Part shown: piece by piece, positions 9,781 through 19,425 of the stretch
Position numbering within the stretch: position 1 is the stretch's first letter
How the letters are laid out: each line of letters begins with the position of its first letter
From: Candidatus Latescibacterota bacterium
GTDB taxonomy: Bacteria; Latescibacterota; UBA2968; UBA8231
Assembly: GCA_965215195.1 (NCBI GenBank)
Contig: CBDCDC010000002.1
Location: 1 to 64,000 of the forward strand
Reading direction: 5' to 3'
DNA: 64,000 nt
Notes under the pieces: generated by a model
What the model was told of the DNA's origin: nothing
Seen by the model: the letters and a program-made list of their open reading frames with translations, nothing else
Database searches by the model: none
Made by a program: the position numbers and the translations under genes

Positions 9781-10746
9781 ATGGCAAAAAGGAAAATTCG
9801 CGTCGGCCTGATCGGCTGTGGCGGCAACATGCGCGGTGCCCACATCCCTCGGCTAAAAGCCGACGGCCGCGTAGAGGTAGTGGCGGTCGCCGACCCGGAG
9901 GAGGCATCGGCGCGGCAATTGCTAGAAGTGTGGGGCACTGAGGCCGCATATTACGCCGACTACCGGCAGATGATTGGCGCAAACGCGCTCGATGGGGTGC
10001 TGATCTCTTCGCCGCATTCGACCCACTACGCGCAGGCGCACTACGCGCTGGAGCGAGATCTGCACGTTTTGGTCGAGAAACCCCTGACGACAAAGACGCG
10101 CCACGCCCAAGCCCTAATCGATCTGGCCGCCGAGCGCGAGCGCGTGTTGGTCGTCAGCTATCAGCGCAATTTTTACCCGGCGTATGCGTATGCGCGGGAG
10201 CTGGTGCAGGAGGGGGCTCTCGGAAAGCTCAAGGGAATTGTCGCCTACGTGACGCAAAATTGGGGCGGCAAGGGATGGCGGATGGTGCCCGAGCTGGCCG
10301 GAGGTGGGATGTTCATGGACACCGGTAGTCACTTGGTGGCTGCGGTGCTGTGGATTACCGGCTTGACGCCCGTAAAGGTCGCGGCCTTCATGGACAAGCG
10401 GGGCAAGCGGGTGGATATGGATGCCGTGGTCAATGCGCGGTTTCGCGGCGGTGTGCTGGGGTCGCTGAGCTTTATCGGCAGCGCGAGCCGGCACGACGAG
10501 CGGCTGACCATCCACGGCGACGAGGGAACGTTGGTCTTTCACCTGCACCAGTGGCGGGTGCGGGAGGTGTTGCTGAATGGGGAGCCATTGGAGGTGCCCA
10601 AGCGGGTGCGGGAGGACACGCCGGACGCGGCCTTTTTGCGCTGGATTCGCAACGGCGGCAAGGGCTATGAGCGGCCGGATTTTGCCGTGGCAGTAGCCAA
10701 ATTCACCGAGGCTGCGTATCGGTCGCTAGAGCAGAAGCGGCGATGA
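9781..10746 (+). CDS. Gfo/Idh/MocA family oxidoreductase
   Basis: VGLIGCG, HVLVEKP, GGGMFMDTGSH. Confidence 0.92.
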   Translation: MAKRKIRVGLIGCGGNMRGAHIPRLKADGRVEVVAVADPEEASARQLLEVWGTEAAYYADYRQMIGANALDGVLISSPHSTHYAQAHYALERDLHVLVEKPLTTKTRHAQALIDLAAERERVLVVSYQRNFYPAYAYARELVQEGALGKLKGIVAYVTQNWGGKGWRMVPELAGGGMFMDTGSHLVAAVLWITGLTPVKVAAFMDKRGKRVDMDAVVNARFRGGVLGSLSFIGSASRHDERLTIHGDEGTLVFHLHQWRVREVLLNGEPLEVPKRVREDTPDAAFLRWIRNGGKGYERPDFAVAVAKFTEAAYRSLEQKRR

Positions 10747-12419
10747 TTGCGTACGCACCGCTCGTCGGCGAGCTCGATCAGCAGGTCGCGGGTGTGCTGA
10801 CGCGCCAAGTGCTGGACGCGGAAAGCCCCTATTGCGGTGGCTTTGTCGATCGAGACCGGCTGGCCGGTTCCAGCGGCATCAGCGCGGTCGCGCCGCTTGG
10901 CTACGCCTATCTCCTGCCCGAGTCGCGCCACTACCGCAGCGCGGTCCTCTTGCGGCGGATCCGCCTCGCCGCCGAGTTTGCCCGCCGACACCGGAATCCA
11001 TCGGGTTGTTTCGACCTGTTGAGCACTAACTTCGACTCGGCCCCGGACACAGGCTTTGTGGTGCAGGCCATCGCACCGGTCGTCTGGGCGGCGCGGCAAC
11101 AGGCTACAAACGACGAAGGGGCCGCCGAGATCGCGGCCGCCTTGGGCGAGCTCATACAGAAGGCGGCCCCGGGCATGGTCGCTGGCGGCTTCCACACGCC
11201 CAACCACCGCTGGGTGCTGGTCGCCGCACTGGCCCAAGCCCAAGCCCTCTATCCAGAGTTGGAGGTGAGCGCGACTGTAGATGCGTACCTCGGCGAAAGC
11301 ATTGACGTCAACGCCGACGGCGAGTACAGCGAGCGGAGCACGGGCGTGTACAATGCCGTGGTCAACCGCGCCTTAATCCGCGCCGCGCACGTGCTCGCCC
11401 GGCCCGACCTGCTCGCGCCTGTGCGGCGCAACTTGGATTTGTCCTACCATCTCCTCCACGCCGACGCCACCGCGGTGACGAGCATTTCCAAGCGGCAGGA
11501 CCGCGACACGCGGGCCGTGCCGACCGGTTTGGCCGATGGCTATCACGCCTTGGCCCATTTAGACGACAATGGCTTGTACGCGGCCGTGGCCGACCTGTTG
11601 GTCGCGTGTGGCCGCAGCGGTTTGGTCTGCCTGCCGAACTACGTCCTGCATCCCGAGTGGCGAACGGCTCGTCTCAAGCGGACGCCCTTGCCCGAGCAGT
11701 ATAGTCGCGTCTATCCGGCGTCCGGCCTGTGGCGGGTGCGCCGAGGCGCGGTGAGCGCTACGGCCGCGGCCGGCTTGACCGCGCCTTTTAGCGTGGTCTG
11801 CGGGCAGGCCGAATTGGCGGTGAAGATATCATCGACCTATTTCGCCACCGGGCAGTTTGTGGGCGAAGCGTTTGCCGCGGCCGGCAATGGGGTGCGGATG
11901 GAGCACAAGGGCCGCAACCGCATCTATCCAGAAAGGGATTACGTGGGGGGGATTTACTGGCTGCCGGTTGCCGAGCAAGTCAATGCCCAAAACTGGCAAG
12001 AGGTGCGGGGTCGGCGGGCGACGTATGAGTTGCCGCCGCTAAAAGTTGAGTTGCACGTCGAGGAGGTGGCCGGTGGTTTCGACCTCCACATCCGCACCTC
12101 GGGGGGGGTTGATGGGGTGCCCTTGCAGATTGAGGGAGTCTTCGCCCCGGGCGGAACCTTGGAGATGGATAGCGCACTCGTCGAGGGCCGCGCCGGGCAC
12201 ACAGTCTTTCTCAAAGCAGGCTACGCGCTCTACCGGGTGGGCGACGACGCCATCCGCATTGGCCCGGGGTCCATGGAGCACGCCATGTGGCGGATGCGCA
12301 ATAGCGAGATCGACGAGGAGCGTTTGCGGGTGCTCATCGCCCTGCGGACGCCGGTAGCGCGGACCTTGGAAATCCGCTGTGGGCAGTGGTCGGACGCGCA
12401 GGGTGGGTTTTTACGTTGA
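10743..12419 (+). CDS. Conserved hypothetical protein (alpha-helical N-domain, beta-rich C-domain; possibly carbohydrate-active)
   Basis: 558-aa ORF with ATGA overlap to upstream gene; HTPNHRW and DGEYSERS motifs. Confidence 0.7.
   Translation: MIAYAPLVGELDQQVAGVLTRQVLDAESPYCGGFVDRDRLAGSSGISAVAPLGYAYLLPESRHYRSAVLLRRIRLAAEFARRHRNPSGCFDLLSTNFDSAPDTGFVVQAIAPVVWAARQQATNDEGAAEIAAALGELIQKAAPGMVAGGFHTPNHRWVLVAALAQAQALYPELEVSATVDAYLGESIDVNADGEYSERSTGVYNAVVNRALIRAAHVLARPDLLAPVRRNLDLSYHLLHADATAVTSISKRQDRDTRAVPTGLADGYHALAHLDDNGLYAAVADLLVACGRSGLVCLPNYVLHPEWRTARLKRTPLPEQYSRVYPASGLWRVRRGAVSATAAAGLTAPFSVVCGQAELAVKISSTYFATGQFVGEAFAAAGNGVRMEHKGRNRIYPERDYVGGIYWLPVAEQVNAQNWQEVRGRRATYELPPLKVELHVEEVAGGFDLHIRTSGGVDGVPLQIEGVFAPGGTLEMDSALVEGRAGHTVFLKAGYALYRVGDDAIRIGPGSMEHAMWRMRNSEIDEERLRVLIALRTPVARTLEIRCGQWSDAQGGFLR
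12320..12413 (+). repeat. 94-bp direct repeat, copy 1 (3' end of the 10743-12419 gene)
   Basis: 90/94 identical to 15561-15654. Confidence 0.95.
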
Positions 12420-12461
12420 GGTACTCAACTACGCCTAGGAAATTACGCGAAGTGCAGCAGG

Positions 12462-13589
12462 ATGTCTAAAGAAATGAATCCCATATTTGGATTTCCACCA
12501 ATCCACAAGGCCCATCTTACGTCTCCAGATAATATCGCTGCTCGTTTGCAAAGCCTAATCGGTACGCCATTTAAATTGACGGGAAAGACTAGGACAGATG
12601 GCTCGAATGTGAGAAAGCTTGTTGCACAGGCTTTCACAGAATTCTTATTACCTAAACCATGCCCCCAGTCATCTCATTCTATTATTCCACCTAAAGGAAA
12701 AGGATTGCCAAGGATACTTTTAGAATATGTGGATACCTATATCGTAACTACAGGTAATACGTACAATCTCCAAGTTTGGAATCGAAATCCAGCATCCGAC
12801 TCTATCCAAGTCGAGTACAATTCCGGCGAGACTCTATCGTCAAAGGATGTCCGATTCGTCTTCCTACGTGTTGACCCACAGAATCAGACGATAAGCTCAA
12901 TCCTCGTCCTAACTCCAGATTATATCGAGAGTAAATTCGGACGCTTTGGCAAGCCGACGATTAAACACCAAATCATAATTTCGCCAAGAATTAGAGATAA
13001 GGCTTTAGCTCAAAATCCGCCGGGCATTTTCTGTTCGGATACATCTGCTATTTCTCGACACGTAACGGAGAAATATGCTATTCCGACCTCTTCGATGAGT
13101 GACAAACCTGTTTTGGGCCAGCTATTTTCTTTGAAATTGCTGCGAGAAATGCTAGTAGAAGGGCTAATTGGTGAACCATTGGATCAAATGGCTACAAAAA
13201 ACAGGGGGCAAGCGTTAGAGCGCTTGGTTGCTCTTCTTTTAGGGTACAAAATTAGGGACGCAGAGCTTTTAGAGGGAAATTTTCCCGATATTCCCAATCA
13301 AGCCTTGGAGGTCAAAGTGCAGGATTCACCAACCGTAGATCTAGGAAAATTTAGTCCTCAGTTTAAAGAGTGTATCCCGTCCTGCCCTAGCGTAACGACG
13401 TTAGATGTCCGCTACTTGATAGCCTTGACTGATGCAAGGACGAGCATCAGTCAGGGGATAATTTTATGTCCCGGCGAGAAGTTAGGTGAGCATTTCTCAT
13501 ACGTAAGCGACACTAACTTCAAGTGCCAAAGATCAATCCCTATGTCCTTTTTTGACATGTACCAAGGCCAAGCCCTTTACAATCCCTGA
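12462..13589 (+). CDS. Putative type II restriction endonuclease
   Basis: AT-rich ORF convergent with a methylase; NRGQALE...FPDIPNQALEVK PD-(D/E)xK motif. Confidence 0.75.
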   Translation: MSKEMNPIFGFPPIHKAHLTSPDNIAARLQSLIGTPFKLTGKTRTDGSNVRKLVAQAFTEFLLPKPCPQSSHSIIPPKGKGLPRILLEYVDTYIVTTGNTYNLQVWNRNPASDSIQVEYNSGETLSSKDVRFVFLRVDPQNQTISSILVLTPDYIESKFGRFGKPTIKHQIIISPRIRDKALAQNPPGIFCSDTSAISRHVTEKYAIPTSSMSDKPVLGQLFSLKLLREMLVEGLIGEPLDQMATKNRGQALERLVALLLGYKIRDAELLEGNFPDIPNQALEVKVQDSPTVDLGKFSPQFKECIPSCPSVTTLDVRYLIALTDARTSISQGIILCPGEKLGEHFSYVSDTNFKCQRSIPMSFFDMYQGQALYNP

Positions 13590-15334
13590 AACGAAAGTAG
13601 CGGCTCGACACCAAAGGCTTCCGCTACAGCAACCTCTAAGTCAGTTTCATATTTTTCGATCATGTTGTCGCCTACATCAGCCGACACTAATTTTTTAACC
13701 AAATCTACTATCCTCCTAGAATGTGCAGAATGCCTATCTGGCATTGGATATTTTTCTACGTATTGAGTTAAATAGCGCCGGCGGCCAGCGTACAGTTTGT
13801 TATTAAATACCAATTCGTGATAACGAGTCATCAGATTTGAATTGGCTATCCCTTGGATTAGGAAGAGCATATCCGTGTTCTCTTCTTCTGATACAATCCA
13901 GTAACAGTTGCCATCAACCATCAATCCTTCACTGTCGTAAAAGAACATCGGGCTAGGGCTGATATCGGGAAAGATGAGCTTGGGACGCCCCAAAGCTAAA
14001 GGGTCTTGAGGAACCCAAATCTCATACCATTTTCTATTGGCCTTAATTATGTATTTCCGTTTTTCTAATCTCTCTCGATATTGCCTAAGATATGCTGCCG
14101 CACATGGGTACTGTTCTATGTCAATTGCTTCTCGTTTCGCGTTCCTGATTTCATGAGTATATAGTATCTTTTTTAGCGATTCATTTCTTGTGCTAGAGCG
14201 CCAGCGGCTAGCATCGTCGTGTGAGAATATGAGACGTAGTAAACAGTCTTCCGGTCTCCTACCTTCAGGCATATCGTTCCAGTCTGAGCGAATAAAAACT
14301 TGATCGGCCGTTGTCTTAATGCCAACCCTTACCTTTACAACGTCTCCAATTCGATACTTTGCCGCCGATTCTATTTTATCAATCCACTTTTTCTCGGTCG
14401 CAGTTACCATCTGCCAAGGTTCAGAGGACAACTTAGAAAAGGAAAAAGTCCCCAGCGAAAATTTGAACCGGGTTTTAGACACCAAATATTCACCGTCAGA
14501 ATTTTGTCTGAGAATGTCGTACACTGAATTAACATGGACTAGCTTTTCCCGATCATCGCGATTACTTATCCTATTCTCGTAAATTCTGATGAATCTATTT
14601 GACGGCCTCTGGTTCGTAGAGGAACGCGATGTAGAGGGTAATTTTCTAGCGATTAAGATAGCTGGCAGAACGGCAGCCTTGAAAAGCTTTGTGTCGCCGA
14701 GGTCAATCAATTCGATTACCTTGTAATTTTCTGCAATGAACGCTCTGGTGGAGGCTCCACTTTTTGTAGAAATAAAACGATTGGACGTGATGACACCTAT
14801 AATGCCCCTGTCTTTTAAGCACTGGGTCATAGCTACTAGAAATGCTTGATATAAATCGATTCTGCCTTTTAGGCGAAAGGATTTTGCTAACTCCTGTGAT
14901 TTCCGGGCCCCGAGGACCTGTGTTCGGACGTAAGGAGGGTTGGCGATTATAATATCTACAGGAGGAATAGTCCTGTTCGTTGGAGGTCTGTTGTTAAATA
15001 ACCCTATCTGTGCTTCTGAGTCGGTGTACAGTTCAAGGAAATCCATCCTCTTAAAAAAATTCGCTTTTGAGCCAAACGCTTCTAATCGCTCTTGAGCATT
15101 CCCGAGGGATAAATCCTCAAGCTCTATCCCTGTAATGACGGTATTTCTTAGTGTATTATCTGGCAGTGAGTTAGCTAAGGCGACCAGTAGTTCTCCATCG
15201 CCACAGGCTGGATCCAAAACTCTTGGTTCAGGGAGTTGACGGAAATCCGTTTCGGCGACCAGTCTCTCTGCGAGGAAACGAGCAAGTTCAGGAGGCGTGT
15301 AATGCGAACCAGTAGCTTTTTGCTTAGGCGGCAT
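13577..15334 (-). CDS. Gamma-class N6-adenine DNA methyltransferase, BseCI/BanIII/ClaI-like (predicted ATCGAT)
   Basis: QKATGSHYTP, VLDPACGDGELL, IIANPPYVRTQ, GRIDLYQAFLVAM resemble M.BseCI as recalled; specificity is inference. Confidence 0.88.
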   Translation of the reverse strand: MPPKQKATGSHYTPPELARFLAERLVAETDFRQLPEPRVLDPACGDGELLVALANSLPDNTLRNTVITGIELEDLSLGNAQERLEAFGSKANFFKRMDFLELYTDSEAQIGLFNNRPPTNRTIPPVDIIIANPPYVRTQVLGARKSQELAKSFRLKGRIDLYQAFLVAMTQCLKDRGIIGVITSNRFISTKSGASTRAFIAENYKVIELIDLGDTKLFKAAVLPAILIARKLPSTSRSSTNQRPSNRFIRIYENRISNRDDREKLVHVNSVYDILRQNSDGEYLVSKTRFKFSLGTFSFSKLSSEPWQMVTATEKKWIDKIESAAKYRIGDVVKVRVGIKTTADQVFIRSDWNDMPEGRRPEDCLLRLIFSHDDASRWRSSTRNESLKKILYTHEIRNAKREAIDIEQYPCAAAYLRQYRERLEKRKYIIKANRKWYEIWVPQDPLALGRPKLIFPDISPSPMFFYDSEGLMVDGNCYWIVSEEENTDMLFLIQGIANSNLMTRYHELVFNNKLYAGRRRYLTQYVEKYPMPDRHSAHSRRIVDLVKKLVSADVGDNMIEKYETDLEVAVAEAFGVEPLLSFQGL

Positions 15335-15560
15335 CTGAGTATAGCCCTTTGTCTTCAGTATTAAGGCTATAAGAATCAAATATCAATAAACCGATGTCAA
15401 CGGTTGTACCTACCGGACAAAGCCGCATGAGTTCCGGTGAGGAATAGATATGATCGGCGATACCGACGGCCATCGCCGGACTGCTCTGTTGCCATCGACC
15501 TTTTTGCGTCCGCTCAGAAGGAGGGTCTTGAACAGGGGCGTACGAGTACCTTTTGCCGGG

Positions 15561-15654
15561 GCGTCTGCGGGTGCTCATCGCGCTGCGGACGCCGGTGGCG
15601 CGGACCTTGGAAATCCGCTGTGGGCAGTGGTCGGATGCGCAGGGTGGGTTTTTA
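15561..15654 (+). repeat. 94-bp direct repeat, copy 2 (displaced gene 3' end)
   Basis: Encodes the same peptide RLRVLIALRTPVARTLEIRCGQWSDAQGGFL as copy 1. Confidence 0.95.
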
Positions 15655-16299
15655 TACCCGTCCCCCGGCCCACCGCACTCCTTGCGCCAGCATCTGCTGC
15701 ATACCTAGACGTGCAAATGTGCCCGGGCCATGTCCCAACGCCGTGTAAAACACCCGCCCTGCGCCGTACGGCTTGACCCACGCGAGGGGATGCTGCTGGC
15801 CGCTCCACTCGGCGGTGGCCAAAATGCGGATGGCCGGGTCCCACGCCGACATGTAAATCTCGTCTTCCACGTCAAAGTCGGGCACGTCTTGCGTAACCGG
15901 GTGATCGCCATCGACAATGTTGACAGTAAAGGTCGATCCCGGGGGATGCCAATTGGCGTGCCCGCCGAGCAGCTCTACGGCTTTGCCGCCAATCCGCCAC
16001 CCCGTGCCGTGGAGGCCGACCAGCCCTTTGCCACCGGCGACAAAATTGAATAGCCCCTCTTCCTGCGCGGGCGTCAGCTCGGGCACGTGCTGCACGGTGC
16101 CGTCTTCCCGCCGCTCAACTCGCGTGAAGCCAGTGCCGTGGACCAGCACAGCGAAGTCGCGCAGACCATCCGACGCCAACACGTCCTTGTCGTCTGTCAG
16201 CGCAACGGACAAATCGTCGTACGCGCTCAAAAACTCGTGGATGACGGAGGCACTGGCCGCAAACTGATGATTCGGGCCGGATAAAATTAGGACGTTCAT
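15652..16299 (-). CDS. ThuA-like domain protein
   Basis: GGKGLVGLH, HPP, DEIY, PLAWVKPYGAGRVFYTALGH. Confidence 0.88.
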   Translation of the reverse strand: MNVLILSGPNHQFAASASVIHEFLSAYDDLSVALTDDKDVLASDGLRDFAVLVHGTGFTRVERREDGTVQHVPELTPAQEEGLFNFVAGGKGLVGLHGTGWRIGGKAVELLGGHANWHPPGSTFTVNIVDGDHPVTQDVPDFDVEDEIYMSAWDPAIRILATAEWSGQQHPLAWVKPYGAGRVFYTALGHGPGTFARLGMQQMLAQGVRWAGGRV

Positions 16300-16419
16300 A
16301 AGAGACTCCTTTGAAACCTGCTTGACGTGGTTGCACTTCTCCCAAGCGGCGGGATGGCTCAATCCGGGTAAAACGTTTTCTCGCCGACCGCTTCATCGTG
16401 CCCGAAAGGATGAGTGGGA

Positions 16420-17547
16420 TTACACGGCATAGGACACCGAGCCGTCGGTGCGCAGCGGGGTGGAGGCGTTGTTGATGGGCTGGTAGGGCGTTTTGTCGAT
16501 TAAGTTCTCATCCAACTCTACGCCGAGGCCCGGGGCTTGGGGAATCGGGAGGTACCCGCCCTCGCGCTTATACGCGCATTGATAGACCGCGTTGTGCGGG
16601 GCTTCGTCGCCTTTGGTGTATTCTTGGGTGATGAAGTTGGGAATTGAGGCGTCAAGGTGCAGGGAGGCGGCCGTGGTCAGCGGCCCCAAGAAGTTGTGAG
16701 TCACTACCGCGCAGTGATAGGCTTCGCCGATGGCGGCGATTTTTTTGCAATGCGAGATGCCGCCGGCCAAGGCCACATCCGGCCGCAAATACTGGGGCCC
16801 CCCCTGCTCCAACAACTCGCGGAACTCCCATATAGACACGAAGCGCTCGCCATTGCCAAAGGGCACGGTGGATTTCTGCGCGATGTGGGCTTGGGCCGAG
16901 ATGCTGTCGATCTGGATCGGGTCTTCGAGGAAGAAGACGTGAAAGGGCTTGAGGGCCTCGGCGAGGGCGAGAGAGACCATGGGCGTCAGCTTGCGGTGCA
17001 GCTCGATAATCAGGTCCAAATCCGGGCCGCCGGCTTCGCGTGCGGCCGCGGTCAGCTCGACAGCGGTTTGGATCATCCGCGCTTGGCCCTTGTCGTGGCA
17101 GTCCGTGGTAATGGGGTCGAACTTGACGGCGGTGAAGCCCTCGGCAACAGCGGCTTGCGCGGCCTTGAAGTTGGCCTCCGGCGTGGCCCCACCCGACAGC
17201 AGGTGCAGGCGGATCTTGTCGCGGACATTGCCGCCCAACAGCTCCCACACCGGGACCTCGAAGTGCTTGCCCTTGATGTCCCACAGCGCGATGTCAATGG
17301 CTGAGACGGCCCCCATGACGACCGTGCCCCTGAAGGGCGCCATGCGGTAGAGGTGCTGCCAGTGGTGTTCGATGCGGAGGGGATTTTGGCCGATGAGGTA
17401 GTCTTTGCAGACCTCGACGATGCTCTGCACGGCCGTGGGGTAGCCCCAGCAGGCGGTTTGGCCAATGCCGGTTAGGCCGGTGTCCGTGGTGATGCGGACG
17501 ACGTAGCCGTTGCCGAGCAGGAGGGAGTCGATCTGTTCGATTTTCAT
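16420..17547 (-). CDS. Enolase-superfamily dehydratase (galactonate dehydratase-like)
   Basis: SAIDIALWDIKGK, ELH, FLEDP, NGER, PGLGVELDE. Confidence 0.88.
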   Translation of the reverse strand: MKIEQIDSLLLGNGYVVRITTDTGLTGIGQTACWGYPTAVQSIVEVCKDYLIGQNPLRIEHHWQHLYRMAPFRGTVVMGAVSAIDIALWDIKGKHFEVPVWELLGGNVRDKIRLHLLSGGATPEANFKAAQAAVAEGFTAVKFDPITTDCHDKGQARMIQTAVELTAAAREAGGPDLDLIIELHRKLTPMVSLALAEALKPFHVFFLEDPIQIDSISAQAHIAQKSTVPFGNGERFVSIWEFRELLEQGGPQYLRPDVALAGGISHCKKIAAIGEAYHCAVVTHNFLGPLTTAASLHLDASIPNFITQEYTKGDEAPHNAVYQCAYKREGGYLPIPQAPGLGVELDENLIDKTPYQPINNASTPLRTDGSVSYAV

Positions 17548-17652
17548 TTTGTGCGCTCCATATATAATGTAAAGGGCAGGGTTGTTTATCAGTGGGCAAT
17601 GGGTAGCTTATTTATTGAAAACTGCGCGTCTGCGCAAGCAAGGGAGGCTAGT

Positions 17653-18408
17653 ATGGCACATTTGCGATTTGCAGCACCTGTGGAACAGCGGGTAGCCCTA
17701 ATTACGGGTGGGGCGCGCGGCATAGGGGGTGCGGCGGCACTGCGCTTGGCCGAGGCCGGGCGGCACATTGCCCTTGTCGATGTGCTGGCCGAGCCGGCGC
17801 GGGAGCGGGTGCGGGCGATCGAGGCCATGGGGCAGCGGGTGCTTTTTGTCGAGGCGGACGTGACCGACGAGGGCCAGGTCCACGAGGCAGTGGCCCAAGC
17901 GGTGGCGACTTTTGGGCGGCTGGATATCTTGGTGTGCAGTGCCGGTGTCTTGGGGTGGGAGAAGCCGTTTTTCGAGCAGACGGCCGCGCAGTTTGCCAAG
18001 GTCATGCAGATCAATGTCCACGGGGTGTACTACGCGCATCAGGCGGCGATTCCGCACATGCTGGAGCGGGGGTGGGGCCGCTGCGTGACGATTTCTTCGA
18101 GTGCGCGCCACGGCAGTCCCAATCAGGTGCCGTACTCGGTGTCCAAGGGGGCGGTGTGGTCGTTTATTCAGGCGCTGGGCGACGCTTGGCCGCGGCAGGG
18201 CGTGTTCGTCAACGGCGTTGAGCCGGGTCGGGCACTGACCGACATGGTCGTGCCGCGCTTTGACGAGGCGCACCTGCGCGATCCGGGCAACCCGATTGGG
18301 CGCTATTCAGACGCGGCCGAGGTGGCCGAGGTGATTGAATTTTTGTGTTCGGAGCGGAATACGTACACTACGGGGTCGGTGTGGAGTGTGAAGGGGGGGA
18401 AGGGGTGA
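17653..18408 (+). CDS. SDR family oxidoreductase
   Basis: TGGARGIG and YSVSK catalytic motif. Confidence 0.92.
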   Translation: MAHLRFAAPVEQRVALITGGARGIGGAAALRLAEAGRHIALVDVLAEPARERVRAIEAMGQRVLFVEADVTDEGQVHEAVAQAVATFGRLDILVCSAGVLGWEKPFFEQTAAQFAKVMQINVHGVYYAHQAAIPHMLERGWGRCVTISSSARHGSPNQVPYSVSKGAVWSFIQALGDAWPRQGVFVNGVEPGRALTDMVVPRFDEAHLRDPGNPIGRYSDAAEVAEVIEFLCSERNTYTTGSVWSVKGGKG

Positions 18409-18445
18409 GGTGGAAGGCAACAGCAATGGAAAAAAAGGAAGAATT

Positions 18446-19039
18446 ATGAACGCGGTCCATGCAATAGAAGACTTGAGACAGCGCGCTAATGAAGGCGATC
18501 CGGAAGCACAGTATAAACTTGGCTGGCGGTATTCCGCTGGTCGTGATGTGACGCAAAATAATAAAGAAGCGGTGAAGTGGCTCCGCGAGGCCGCCGACCG
18601 AGGATTTGCCAAAAGCCAGAACATCTTGGGTACGATGTATTCCATTGGTCATGGTGTGCCGCAAGACCATGTGGAGGCGGCAAAGTGGTTCCGCAAGGCC
18701 GCCGAGCAAGGGCTTGCTCAATCTCAGCATAACCTTGGCGCGATGTATGCCCTTGGTCATGGGGTGCCGCAAGACTATGCGGAGGCGACAAAGTGGCTCC
18801 GCGAGGCCGCCGAGCGAGGACTTGCGCAAGCCCAGCACGATCTTGGCGTCATGTATGCAAATGGCCAAGGCGTACCGCAAGACTATGTGGAAGCCCATAT
18901 ATGGTGGAACCTCGCCGCGGCACAAGGCAACGAGGAAGCACGCGGAAAACGCGATATAGTTGCCAAAATGTTACCCCCTGCTCAAGTTGCCGCTGCCCAG
19001 CGCCGGGCACGAAAAAAGATGGAAGAGGTTCACGCATGA
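18446..19039 (+). CDS. Sel1-repeat protein
   Basis: Four ~36-aa repeats of AQ..LG.MY..G.GVPQD..EA.KW...AA; no signal peptide visible. Confidence 0.92.
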   Translation: MNAVHAIEDLRQRANEGDPEAQYKLGWRYSAGRDVTQNNKEAVKWLREAADRGFAKSQNILGTMYSIGHGVPQDHVEAAKWFRKAAEQGLAQSQHNLGAMYALGHGVPQDYAEATKWLREAAERGLAQAQHDLGVMYANGQGVPQDYVEAHIWWNLAAAQGNEEARGKRDIVAKMLPPAQVAAAQRRARKKMEEVHA

Positions 19040-19425
19040 ATGAAAGCGAAATATCTGAGGAGACACTCCAGCAGAAACTCTACCAAACAAATACAATACA
19101 CTGGAATCTGGAGCAGGTTGTTATTGTTACCACCGAGGATAAGCTCAGGATCTGTCTGCGAAATACTATTGATCGTCTCGACACCAAACGGAAGTGGTGG
19201 ACACCATTAGCTACCGTACTGACACTCGTTCTTGCACTAACCACGACTGAATTCAAAGACCAATTCACTATTCCCGCCGCAACTTGGCAGGCGATTTTCT
19301 TAATTTTGACAGGAGGCTCAATAATCTGGGCTGTTGTGGCTATATGTAAAGCGATCAGAGTCAAAGTTTCTATTGAATCAATCGTATCCAAATTCCCACA
19401 GGAAAAAAGCAATGCTCGCGATTGA
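19036..19425 (+). CDS. Small two-TM hypothetical membrane protein
   Basis: ATGA overlap with Sel1 gene; two hydrophobic segments; AT-rich. Confidence 0.65.
   Translation: MNESEISEETLQQKLYQTNTIHWNLEQVVIVTTEDKLRICLRNTIDRLDTKRKWWTPLATVLTLVLALTTTEFKDQFTIPAATWQAIFLILTGGSIIWAVVAICKAIRVKVSIESIVSKFPQEKSNARD

Noticed and set aside
15490-15560. GAYEYLL peptide resembling a type I HsdM motif
   Set aside because: Too short, preceded by an in-frame stop, and overlaps the inverted-repeat motif; cannot be supported
12320-15654. 94-bp repeat pair as a DGR template/variable repeat
   Set aside because: Mismatches are T/C, C/G, A/G, C/T, not adenine-specific, all synonymous, and there is no reverse transcriptase in the window
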